Source: a virus
Taxonomy: Duplodnaviria > Caudoviricetes
IMG/VR virus record: IMGVR_UViG_3300002124_000003
Location: 1-54,008 of that record
DNA: 54,008 bases
Direction: 5' to 3' (one strand)
Part shown: positions 19,033 to 27,192 of the stretch, piece after piece
Layout: each line of letters opens with the position of its first letter
Numbering within the stretch: position 1 is the stretch's first letter
Translations under genes and position numbers: made by a program
Notes under the pieces: generated by a model
What the model was told of the DNA's origin: nothing
The model's database searches: none
The model's input: only the letters and a program-made list of their open reading frames with translations

Positions 19033-19245
19033 TCACGCCTCCTCCTCGCCGCCGCTGCCGGGCGGGGTGTCGGCATCCACCCCTAATTCACCGCTGCCAA
19101 CCATCTCGTTAAGTTCGATCACGGCATTTTGAATTTCGACCCGAAGGGCAGTCACTCGCAATTGAGCCGCCGCCCGCCAGATGGTGTTCAGTTGACGATC
19201 AACCTCTTCCCGGTTAATGGTAATCCGATGATACACGTCCATCAC
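19033..19245 (-). CDS. Hypothetical protein ending TPPGSGGEEEA
   Basis: RBS and overlapping junction. Confidence 0.7.
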   Translation of the reverse strand: MMDVYHRITINREEVDRQLNTIWRAAAQLRVTALRVEIQNAVIELNEMVGSGELGVDADTPPGSGGEEEA

Positions 19246-19511
19246 GCCTCCTCGCCGCCGGCGGGCGCGGAATCCAGTGCATTCCGATAGGTTTCAGCCA
19301 GCCTGGATAACGCTATAGAAATAGTCGCTAGCGTTCCCCCAAGAGACACCAATTCCTCTAGAGTCTGCTGTACCTCGTCATTCACGGGCAGTTGATGCTG
19401 CCGGATCAGGTATCGAATGTGTTGAATTGCATGGGTCGCATCGGTTACATGTCCGACGCATTTCCCAAGTGCAAAAATCGCACCCAGTGCGCGTAATTGT
19501 TGGTCGCTCAT
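19242..19511 (-). CDS. Hypothetical protein ending APAGGEEA
   Basis: RBS and overlapping junction. Confidence 0.7.
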   Translation of the reverse strand: MSDQQLRALGAIFALGKCVGHVTDATHAIQHIRYLIRQHQLPVNDEVQQTLEELVSLGGTLATISIALSRLAETYRNALDSAPAGGEEA

Positions 19512-19834
19512 CAGTCCTCCTCGCCGCCGCTGCCGGGCGCGGTGTCTTTGACCCGTGCGACCATGCGGTCATGCCCCCGACGCGCTTCCTCAAGCGTGCC
19601 ATAGCGGACGACCTCCTGATCCAGGGGGCCGCCAAACACCATCGTTTCAAACCATAACGGGGAGCTATTGCCGAAGGCATGATTAAGACCAAGAAAGACC
19701 GTGCTGACTTCACAATGGTCAAGGATGGTTTTCGCCACGCGCCGATTATCGCTTTCCTCAAAGAATGCGGCCCATTCGAGCACATCCACAGTCACAACGA
19801 TCCCATCCTTCAAGATCGCATATTCGCTCATCAC
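19511..19834 (-). CDS. Conserved phage protein ending TAPGSGGEED
   Basis: VSTVFLGLNH...PLWFETMVFGG...RYGT.EEA..GH motif, familiar from phage hypothetical proteins. Confidence 0.75.
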   Translation of the reverse strand: MMSEYAILKDGIVVTVDVLEWAAFFEESDNRRVAKTILDHCEVSTVFLGLNHAFGNSSPLWFETMVFGGPLDQEVVRYGTLEEARRGHDRMVARVKDTAPGSGGEED

Positions 19835-20064
19835 GCCTCCTCATCAATATAGAACAGGTCGCCGACATCGACGCCAAAGTACCGGCAGAGCTTGACGACA
19901 GTCTCACCCTTCATATCGGCTTTACCTTGACGCAGCCACGTATACAGCGATTGGCGCGATACACCTGCTTCCTCTGCAACCTGCGTAATCGTCAGCGGCT
20001 TGCGTCTGCCGGGCTGTTTTTTTGCCATCAATTCCACGAGTCGATGTTTAAGCACTTCAGCCAT
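19831..20064 (-). CDS. XRE/Cro-family HTH regulator
   Basis: LTITQVAEEAGVSRQSLYTW...TVVKLCRYFGVDVGDLF. Confidence 0.9.
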   Translation of the reverse strand: MAEVLKHRLVELMAKKQPGRRKPLTITQVAEEAGVSRQSLYTWLRQGKADMKGETVVKLCRYFGVDVGDLFYIDEEA

Positions 20065-20081
20065 TCCTGATACCTTCCTAC

Positions 20082-20110
20082 AGTATAGCAAATGAACTCA
20101 CGCGCGTCTA
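20082..20110 (-). promoter_or_regulatory. Leftward early promoter
   Basis: TAGACG-17 bp-TATACT with extended TG. Confidence 0.75.
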
Positions 20111-20136
20111 TAAGAGAAACGTTAATTATTTACGAC

Positions 20137-20165
20137 TTGACGCACAGAGGGAATGCGCATATACT
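20137..20165 (+). promoter_or_regulatory. Rightward early promoter
   Basis: TTGACG-17 bp-TATACT. Confidence 0.8.
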
Positions 20166-20319
20166 AGATTATAGACTGGATTGTGAGGCTGTCGCAATGT
20201 GGCAGAGGTAGCATGAGAGTCTAACGCAAGACCCACAGGCCGCTGGTCACTGCCGACCAAGACAAGCCAGCGACCTGTGGCACTAAGCACCGGAGTACCT
20301 AGCAAAAGGAATTATCCTC

Positions 20320-20541
20320 GTGAAACATTACCACTGCAAGGAATGCGGTTCCGAACTCTGGCAGGATGTCCAGGAGACCGGGCCATACAGCCGGGACGCC
20401 AGCGGCCAGATCGTCGCCGGGGGCAGGCAGGTAATCCTGCATTGCACGAACGTCACGTGTACGCTCTGGTACTGCACGACCACGCCGGAGACCTACGAAG
20501 AAACGACTACCACGTTCCTGAAGGCGGCCCGCCATGCGTAA
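20320..20541 (+). CDS. Small Zn-ribbon protein
   Basis: CKEC...CTNVTC. Confidence 0.6.
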   Translation: MKHYHCKECGSELWQDVQETGPYSRDASGQIVAGGRQVILHCTNVTCTLWYCTTTPETYEETTTTFLKAARHA

Positions 20542-20716
20542 ATTCGCCTCGGCCATCCTCAAGGCGCTGGCGGTGTTCTTCTGGGCGCTGGGCGATGCCA
20601 TCTGGCAGCCGATGCTGGCGCGGGGCATGGCCGGGCCGATGATCCCGGAGCCTGGCTACAGCGAGCAAGACACGCAGCCGTATGACACCGAAGCCACCCA
20701 GACCTTGCAGTCATGA
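20534..20716 (+). CDS. Hypothetical protein
   Basis: Overlapping start; amphipathic N-terminus. Confidence 0.5.
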   Translation: MRKFASAILKALAVFFWALGDAIWQPMLARGMAGPMIPEPGYSEQDTQPYDTEATQTLQS

Positions 20717-20913
20717 AGGAATTGTTACATGACCAACTTTAGGCGAATTTTAGGCGAGGGGAGTGTCATAGGAATGTCGCGTCCCACGTCCTACATTCCC
20801 ACCTACGACACATCATACAGAAATCATACCATACTCACACTATTCTGTAACTACACGACGAACGTCAGTAGCAAGAATACCCGTTTCGAGGTAGAATTAC
20901 AAGGAGAGGAACA

Positions 20914-21123
20914 ATGAATAAGCCGGATATGATTTATACCACTGCGGGAACTGTAATTGAGTGTTACAAGGACGAGTCTGATCGGTGGCGTGCCAGTGTG
21001 AAGGGATTTAAGCAGCATGACGGTCAGGGCACATCCTCACTATTCGCAGCGCAGGACGCGTTATGGAACGTCATGAGTATTCCGGGCATGCGCATGGAAT
21101 ATGTCATGGCTTTGTCTATCTGA
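20914..21123 (+). CDS. Hypothetical protein
   Basis: GGAGAGGA RBS. Confidence 0.6.
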   Translation: MNKPDMIYTTAGTVIECYKDESDRWRASVKGFKQHDGQGTSSLFAAQDALWNVMSIPGMRMEYVMALSI

Positions 21124-21345
21124 CGCAAGCACCCCCGCCAAGCGTCACCTCGACAGCCCGACTTCTCAGGGACGACTGCCGGGTGCTCAGCAGGGCAGGG
21201 GCGGACACCACAGCACTGACGCCGGGTATCGGCGATAAACATACCAGATTGTGCTTGCGTTCACATTGCAGGCAACAAAAAACCGGCCAGGCCGCCCCTC
21301 GAAGAACGGCCCGCCGGTAACGACAAACAAGGAGAATAATAACAC

Positions 21346-22656
21346 ATGGTCGTAAATGATTTATCAGAATTCCGAAATGAACAGGTAGACATCGCCGAAT
21401 TCCTCTGGACGAAGCCGGGCCATCAGGAACCGGACGCCGCCTATGTGCTGGCGGATGTCGTCGGGGGCAAGGTGCGGATCGACATCTATGAGGAAGACCG
21501 CAAGGCCATTGTCAAGGCCGGGTACACCATTGCCAGTGATAGCGAGAGGCAGCAGTTGATCCCGGTCATTCTTGGCCCGAACCGGCGCATCGATTGCGTC
21601 ATCGGCACGAACGATGAAGAGGTCGAGGTCGAGCGCCGCAACACACGACCTTACAAACCGCTGCACGGCCAGCCCGTCGGCACGCCGCGCACGGAAGCGA
21701 CCGACGGCACGGCAGCGCTCAAGTTGGTAGTACCCGAACCAATCTTGAATGGTATGGCCTCGCTGTATTCCAAAATCGCGCAGGTCATGGGTAAGATCGG
21801 CAGTGTGCAGGAACGCGGCGTAGTCACTATGAAGGAACAAGGACGCGGTTACACATATATAACGGACGGCGATCTCTATGCGGCTGTACGTCAGGAAATG
21901 GCCGCTGCGAATCTGGCAATGCTTCCCCCACGTCTTATCGGCAAACGTGCCGAAAAGGACGGCGAATATATCGACATTGAATTCACATTGGCCTGTGGCG
22001 ATACTGGGGCCACGCTGGTCACCCCCTGGTTTGGCAGGCTGGGTAATACAGGTGATAAAGCCATCCATGCCACGATGACGATGTGTACCAAGTATTTTCT
22101 CAAGTATACCTTCCTGATTTCCACTGAAAATACAGACGACGCCGATGCCGAAAGTTCGTCCAGTGGACCTAAAACTACAGGTCAGCGCAAGGCCACCGCG
22201 CCGCGCAAGGCAGACAGCAGACCGGCGACTGCGCAGAAAGTAGAACAGGTCGACGCATCCGGCGCGCCCGCGATGGTGATTGCCAAAATCAAAACCGATA
22301 AAGGAGTACAGGCTGCCTGGCAGTCCTCCAACGAGGCTACCAACACCATTAACGCCATGTGGCGCGAAGGGGAGTTGCAGGACGACATGGACGATGCCGA
22401 AAAGGTCAAGCGGGTGATCGAACGCCTGCAATCACATCAGGTAGCCCCGCCCACAGGCGGCAAGGGTGAGGCGCGTCCCTGGAAAACGGGCGAACGCACG
22501 ACCTTCGCCGAAGCTGCGCAGGTGGACGGACTCAACGAACGCGACTGGCTGGCGGCGCTGAGCGTCGAAAAGCTGGACGAATGGCAGGGCACATTTTCGG
22601 AAGCCCGCACCGCGCTGGGGGCTTATGTCTCAGCGCAGATAGGCGGTGCGAAATGA
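21346..22656 (+). CDS. ERF-family single-strand annealing protein with N- and C-terminal extensions
   Basis: LYSKIAQVM...GYTY...DKAIHATMTMCTKYFLKYTFLIST..DDAD. Confidence 0.8.
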   Translation: MVVNDLSEFRNEQVDIAEFLWTKPGHQEPDAAYVLADVVGGKVRIDIYEEDRKAIVKAGYTIASDSERQQLIPVILGPNRRIDCVIGTNDEEVEVERRNTRPYKPLHGQPVGTPRTEATDGTAALKLVVPEPILNGMASLYSKIAQVMGKIGSVQERGVVTMKEQGRGYTYITDGDLYAAVRQEMAAANLAMLPPRLIGKRAEKDGEYIDIEFTLACGDTGATLVTPWFGRLGNTGDKAIHATMTMCTKYFLKYTFLISTENTDDADAESSSSGPKTTGQRKATAPRKADSRPATAQKVEQVDASGAPAMVIAKIKTDKGVQAAWQSSNEATNTINAMWREGELQDDMDDAEKVKRVIERLQSHQVAPPTGGKGEARPWKTGERTTFAEAAQVDGLNERDWLAALSVEKLDEWQGTFSEARTALGAYVSAQIGGAK

Positions 22657-23024
22657 CCGGCGCGCTCAGCACCTATGTTCAACGAGGCAGGCCCAACCGG
22701 GCCTGTCCGCCTCGCATCCTCATTGGCTACATGCGCCAGTTGTGGGGCCTGCTTCCCGCCGGGCCGCTGCGCCAACCGCTGCCCCAGCACGAACGCCTGA
22801 TTGCCATTGGCGACGTGCTGCCGGTTTACATTCGCGCCGCTGGGCGACCTTACCTCACTACCGGCACGGTCAACCGGATTACCACCTCGTGGTACTACGG
22901 GCCGTGCATCGAACTGTACGGCTGGGAACCGGTGGCCTGGATTTTGACGGTCGGCATTGCCAGCATTCCATTGGAGGGGCCGATCTGGACACCGCAAGCG
23001 AATCAACTCAGGAGGGCAAGCTGA
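22653..23024 (+). CDS. Hypothetical protein
   Basis: ATGA overlap with the ERF gene. Confidence 0.5.
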   Translation: MTGALSTYVQRGRPNRACPPRILIGYMRQLWGLLPAGPLRQPLPQHERLIAIGDVLPVYIRAAGRPYLTTGTVNRITTSWYYGPCIELYGWEPVAWILTVGIASIPLEGPIWTPQANQLRRAS

Positions 23025-23302
23025 TGATTGGACATGTGATTTACAAATATGACTTGAATTACGAGGGGTCTCCAGATATTACGGTAGACCTGCCTAAAGG
23101 CGCGCGCATTCTGGACATTCAGATGCAACGCGAACAACTGTGCCTGTGGGCCATCGTCAATCCAGCGTGTGAGTCTGAGCAGCGACATATTCACATCGCC
23201 ACAACGGGCAGCCCTGCGCATTTCGAGAGGATGTCTTACATTCGCACCTTACTCTTCAATGGCGGCTCGATTGTGCTGCATTTCTTCGAGGTGATTACAT
23301 GA
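23024..23302 (+). CDS. Conserved phage protein (DUF7352-like)
   Basis: IYKYDL...LPKGARILDIQMQREQLCLWAIVNP...VLHFFE. Confidence 0.7.
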   Translation: MIGHVIYKYDLNYEGSPDITVDLPKGARILDIQMQREQLCLWAIVNPACESEQRHIHIATTGSPAHFERMSYIRTLLFNGGSIVLHFFEVIT

Positions 23303-23598
23303 CCGCATTGCAAGCTATTGACAAAGGTCGTGTGATTATCATCGACGGTTTTAGTGACGATTTGCTGGCGGTGCATCAGGAATCGCAGGACGCCGTGCTG
23401 AAACAGGCTGACCTGATCCGCGCGCTGGACGCTGAACGCGACGAACGCGAAACACTGGTGCGAGCGCAGGCCGTGACCCTGATGGCGGTCTGGAATTACT
23501 TCGACCTCAAGGACGATCCCAACGCCCCACGCAGCAAGGTCAACCAGGCCCACGAAAAAGCAAGGCGGGCCATGAGGATTTGGAGGGAGCGAGTATGA
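23299..23598 (+). CDS. Hypothetical protein
   Basis: Coupled ORF. Confidence 0.6.
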   Translation: MTALQAIDKGRVIIIDGFSDDLLAVHQESQDAVLKQADLIRALDAERDERETLVRAQAVTLMAVWNYFDLKDDPNAPRSKVNQAHEKARRAMRIWRERV

Positions 23599-23900
23599 CT
23601 GTCTTTTTGCGCGCACTCACTCGCGGCGAGTATAGCACCGACTATAGCACCTATGCTGTACCGGCAGGATATGAGCGTTGTGACGATCTGAACGAAGCAC
23701 TGGACAGGCTCACACGCATACCGGAACGCTGGAGCCATTGGTGGGACATCCTGTGGGTGGAAGATACCAACGGGCGCATTCTGGCGCGCAAGGAACGCTG
23801 GGAAGCCATCCAGGTCCGCTATGAGGGTTGGTGGATGACTTTGGACGAATATCAAAAACTGCGCGCTGAGGAGCGTGTGGATTGGGAGGATACGCCATGA
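23595..23900 (+). CDS. Hypothetical protein
   Basis: GGAGGGAG RBS, ATGA overlap. Confidence 0.6.
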   Translation: MTVFLRALTRGEYSTDYSTYAVPAGYERCDDLNEALDRLTRIPERWSHWWDILWVEDTNGRILARKERWEAIQVRYEGWWMTLDEYQKLRAEERVDWEDTP

Positions 23901-24067
23901 AATCCTACTATGTCCCGGCAGCGGGCGTCACGAAGCGCGCCTACCCGACGCGGTCGGCCCTGGCGATGATCGAATACCGGGAGTGGCTGCATGGAATGTG
24001 GCACAAGCGCAGGCATGAGCCGCGCCCGGTCGTGTGGCGGCCTGAACCAATAGGTATAGCGGCTTAG
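23897..24067 (+). CDS. Hypothetical protein
   Basis: GGAGG RBS, ATGA overlap. Confidence 0.5.
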   Translation: MKSYYVPAAGVTKRAYPTRSALAMIEYREWLHGMWHKRRHEPRPVVWRPEPIGIAA

Positions 24068-24361
24068 TCGCGTCACGGGTCCTATGGCCCGTCGTGGTCT
24101 CGACGCGGTGCAGCTTAACCGCATGGCGTTGAGGAGCAAAGTGTCGGCCCCGGTCGCATGGCCGGGGCGTACTGAACGGAGGGGAAATTTGCGAACACGG
24201 ATGGCAATGGGTAGAGTCGCGGGCAGGGAAAACAAAACGCTCCCTGGCCGGAGCGCTTCCCTGATCCTTGTTCGCTGGCCGCGAGGCGCAGAGCGTTTCG
24301 CGTTGCCATCAGCCGAAAGCATAGCAGGTATGACGACAGAACGCAAATTTTGGAGGATACG

Positions 24362-24670
24362 ATGGACACTACATCAGAAAACAGACTGGACGCCTTGCTC
24401 GTATCTCTATCCGATGTCGCCTATAAAGGCGCGGGTAAGGATGACACCGTATGGCCGGATTATGACCGGATTGATATGCAGATTACCAGCGAAGTCAACG
24501 ACCTACGCGCTCAGCTTGAGATCGTGACCGCCGACCGCGACCGCTACCAAAAAGCACTTGAAGCGATCTGCGACACAAAAATCTGGAATGGCAAACGGTC
24601 ATGGGAAGACCTTGCTCATCTTTGGTTGGACATTGCCCGTGACGCCCTGAAATCGACCGGCCATGAATGA
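24362..24670 (+). CDS. Hypothetical coiled-coil protein
   Basis: GGAGG RBS before ATG 24362. Confidence 0.65.
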   Translation: MDTTSENRLDALLVSLSDVAYKGAGKDDTVWPDYDRIDMQITSEVNDLRAQLEIVTADRDRYQKALEAICDTKIWNGKRSWEDLAHLWLDIARDALKSTGHE

Positions 24671-24951
24671 ATATCCTACAGAAATGGTGGCGATGCAAAG
24701 TTCATCAGATCGACTTCGACGGTTGGAAGCTGTGCGAATTTGTCGATCCCGTGCCGGTGTATTCTCTGCCGTTCAATGAGATGGAAAACTCTGAGAGCCA
24801 TATCCTCAACGGCGAAATCAGCATTGCTTACGTCAACTTCGATTATCGGATTGGCCGTTGGTTTAAGGTGCGCCACCCTGACGGCTGGATACACGAAGCA
24901 GACTTGAATTACGAACGCGACCGGCATAGACGCATGATAGAGGGACGATGA
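24667..24951 (+). CDS. Hypothetical protein
   Basis: ATGA overlap. Confidence 0.55.
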   Translation: MNILQKWWRCKVHQIDFDGWKLCEFVDPVPVYSLPFNEMENSESHILNGEISIAYVNFDYRIGRWFKVRHPDGWIHEADLNYERDRHRRMIEGR

Positions 24952-25124
24952 ATGAGACCACCTGCCTGCATTGTGGACGCCCGACCGACGCGCCGCTGTG
25001 TGTGGACTGCGAGGCCCGCGCCCGCGCCACCGAAGACGATCTCGTGCTCGATACGCTGGACATCCTGTACGCCGACGTGCGGCGCACACAAAGCCACCGG
25101 GCACAGCGGCGGGGGAGGGGCTAG
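24948..25124 (+). CDS. 58-aa Zn-finger protein (not in ORF track)
   Basis: MNETTCLHCGRPTDAPLCVDCEAR...; ATGA overlap. Confidence 0.65.
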   Translation: MNETTCLHCGRPTDAPLCVDCEARARATEDDLVLDTLDILYADVRRTQSHRAQRRGRG

Positions 25125-25127
25125 ACG

Positions 25128-25394
25128 ATGGACTGGCAGGGTGCGATTTGCCATGACTGTGGTCACGTGCAGGATGAAGATGAGTGCTTTGTGCTGCTGT
25201 GGGAGTCGCAGGAGCATCTCTGCTCGACCTGCTGCGATATTCGCAATGGCACGCGGCGACCGGAAACCGAGGTCGTGCAGGACGATGACCAGGAAGACGG
25301 CGGCGAACTGCTCGATTATCTCGACACGCCTGACGATGACCTGGAGGCCGACTGGATTGACGACTTTACCGACCTGCCTCTGTTTGGCCGCTAG
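25128..25394 (+). CDS. Zn-finger protein with acidic tail
   Basis: CHDC...CSTC followed by a D/E-rich C-terminus. Confidence 0.65.
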   Translation: MDWQGAICHDCGHVQDEDECFVLLWESQEHLCSTCCDIRNGTRRPETEVVQDDDQEDGGELLDYLDTPDDDLEADWIDDFTDLPLFGR

Positions 25395-25433
25395 TGTCGG
25401 CACGCCGACAGCCCGTCACACATAGACCATTTG

Positions 25434-25462
25434 TTGCAATTTCGAGGGTGAAATGATATACT
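25434..25462 (+). promoter_or_regulatory. Promoter upstream of the replication block
   Basis: TTGCAA-17 bp-TATACT with extended TG. Confidence 0.7.
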
Positions 25463-25530
25463 TTCTAGTGACAATCGAAAATAAAAGCCCCGTCGCAAGC
25501 GGGGCCTATAGCACACACCGGAGGTAAACC

Positions 25531-25815
25531 ATGTGCGCTGACAATAGTATACCTGTTTCCCAACCCGCACGCAATTCCCCGGAACCATTCAACCCCTGGG
25601 CGCTCGACGACCGCAGCGATCTCGAACTGCTCGAAATCATGAACGATACCCTGCAAGAGTATGGTTTCCTCGACATGCTCAATGATGCCATCGATGATGA
25701 ACCCGACCTGCATAACTACGCCGAACTCAAGGCCGGGATGCATATTCTCAACGAAGCGCTGCGACTGGCTGAGGCTCATCTTACCGCGCCCGGCAGCGGG
25801 GAGGATGTTTCATGA
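25531..25815 (+). CDS. Hypothetical protein ending TAPGSGEDVS
   Basis: GGAGGT RBS. Confidence 0.65.
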   Translation: MCADNSIPVSQPARNSPEPFNPWALDDRSDLELLEIMNDTLQEYGFLDMLNDAIDDEPDLHNYAELKAGMHILNEALRLAEAHLTAPGSGEDVS

Positions 25816-26081
25816 ACCCGCGAGAGGAACCGCAGACCAATCCGCCGTTTGCCAAAAATGAATATGTCGTGCTGATTGCGGATTTAAGGACACGCAATGG
25901 TAGTCGGGTCATTGCCCAGCGAGGCACTTTGGGTTGGATTAATAGCGATCAACCCAATCCTCAAGGTGAGTGGCAGGTCTGGTTTCATGACGTAATCCCC
26001 CGACGCTGGGTTTGGGTTCCGGGCGACCTGCTGAGCCGCCATACGACTGCCGCGTCCGGCAGTGGGGAGGCGGGGGCATGA
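25812..26081 (+). CDS. Hypothetical SH3-like protein ending ASGSGEAGA
   Basis: RBS and overlap. Confidence 0.6.
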   Translation: MNPREEPQTNPPFAKNEYVVLIADLRTRNGSRVIAQRGTLGWINSDQPNPQGEWQVWFHDVIPRRWVWVPGDLLSRHTTAASGSGEAGA

Positions 26082-26296
26082 GCGCTAAACTTGGCAAACA
26101 ACAGCGTTACCTGCTGGCGTGGCTGAATCACGAATTCTGCAACACGGATGACTGGGCGTTTCGCGCCCAGGATCGCAAGGTCTTACGTTCTCTGGAACGG
26201 CGCGGCTTAGTCGAACTCGAACCGGAACAGTGGGCATCGCCCGCCACATGGCATCTTACCGACGCCGGGCGTAAGGCGCTGGGGGAGGGGGAATGA
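26078..26296 (+). CDS. Small winged-helix protein
   Basis: VLRSLERRGLVE...WHLTDAGRKAL. Confidence 0.65.
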   Translation: MSAKLGKQQRYLLAWLNHEFCNTDDWAFRAQDRKVLRSLERRGLVELEPEQWASPATWHLTDAGRKALGEGE

Positions 26297-27192
26297 GCAA
26301 GCGTAAATCAGAATTTGTCTCGCGTTGGGGTGACAATGATTTAGATGATACCGGCTATCTTTACGTTCCAGGTTGGATTATGAGGCATTACCACAACCTG
26401 AAAAACGCGAAGGGTGAAACAGTCGGCCTATCCCCTAATGAGTTCACATTCTTAAGCCATGTCATGTGCTTCAAGTATGATGTACCCACTAGTGAGGCTA
26501 AGCCCAGTCTTGAAACAATCGCCGATAGAGTGGGACGACATGTTTCTAATATTCGCAAATGGAAAGACACGCTTGTAGAGAAAGGGTTACTCAAGGTTAC
26601 ACACTACGATGGTAAGCCCAGCGTCTACGACTTTGGCGCTATCGTTAAGCAGTGCCGCGAACTTGAATGCGAAATCACTACCCCTAGTGAAATCACTACC
26701 CCTAGTGAAATTGATAACACTACCCCTAGTGAAATTACTAGGATACCCCTAGTAAAACCACTAGGCAAAGAAGTAGAAGAAGAAGTAGAAGATAAGAGCG
26801 AGAATCTTCCGCCGCAAAATCTGACGCTTATCACAATGCAGGAGGCGGTCAAGACTAATCTCAGGCTTTATGGCTCGCGGCAACAGAACATCGCAAAATT
26901 GTTGCTTAACTTGCATTTCGGGCGGAATAAGCAATACAACATCGGCGGGACACCCGCCACCCCCGAAGAACTGACACAGTTCTGTGCGGCCTGGAAGCGC
27001 CAGAAGCCCGACCTCGACCTACCTCAAAAGATGGATACGATGTGTTCATGGTTCAACCGTTGGCGAGAGAAACAACATAAGGCCGACACGTCACAAGATG
27101 ACAAGATGCTTCGATTGCCTGATAGGGATGATCCCAACTTTGATCGTATTCAGGAAGCAGAACTTAAGCGCGTAAGCGGGATACCGGCATGA
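26293..27192 (+). CDS. Replication initiator (HTH, lambda O/DnaD-like) with internal iterons
   Basis: PSLETIADRVGRHVSNIRKWKDTLVEKGLL wHTH; EITTPS repeats. Confidence 0.8.
   Translation: MSKRKSEFVSRWGDNDLDDTGYLYVPGWIMRHYHNLKNAKGETVGLSPNEFTFLSHVMCFKYDVPTSEAKPSLETIADRVGRHVSNIRKWKDTLVEKGLLKVTHYDGKPSVYDFGAIVKQCRELECEITTPSEITTPSEIDNTTPSEITRIPLVKPLGKEVEEEVEDKSENLPPQNLTLITMQEAVKTNLRLYGSRQQNIAKLLLNLHFGRNKQYNIGGTPATPEELTQFCAAWKRQKPDLDLPQKMDTMCSWFNRWREKQHKADTSQDDKMLRLPDRDDPNFDRIQEAELKRVSGIPA
26671..26765. repeat. Putative origin iterons
   Basis: TACCCCTAGT at 26679, 26697, 26721 and 26744; the first two lie within tandem 18-mers. Confidence 0.8.

Noticed and set aside
18192-19845. CRISPR or other guide array
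   Set aside because: Spacing is irregular at hundreds of bp, the intervals are ORFs, and no cas-like gene is adjacent.
20729-20917. 62-aa ORF
   Set aside because: An RBS-like AAGGA is present, but the product is uninformative and the region also forms a hairpin; coding status unresolved, so not called.
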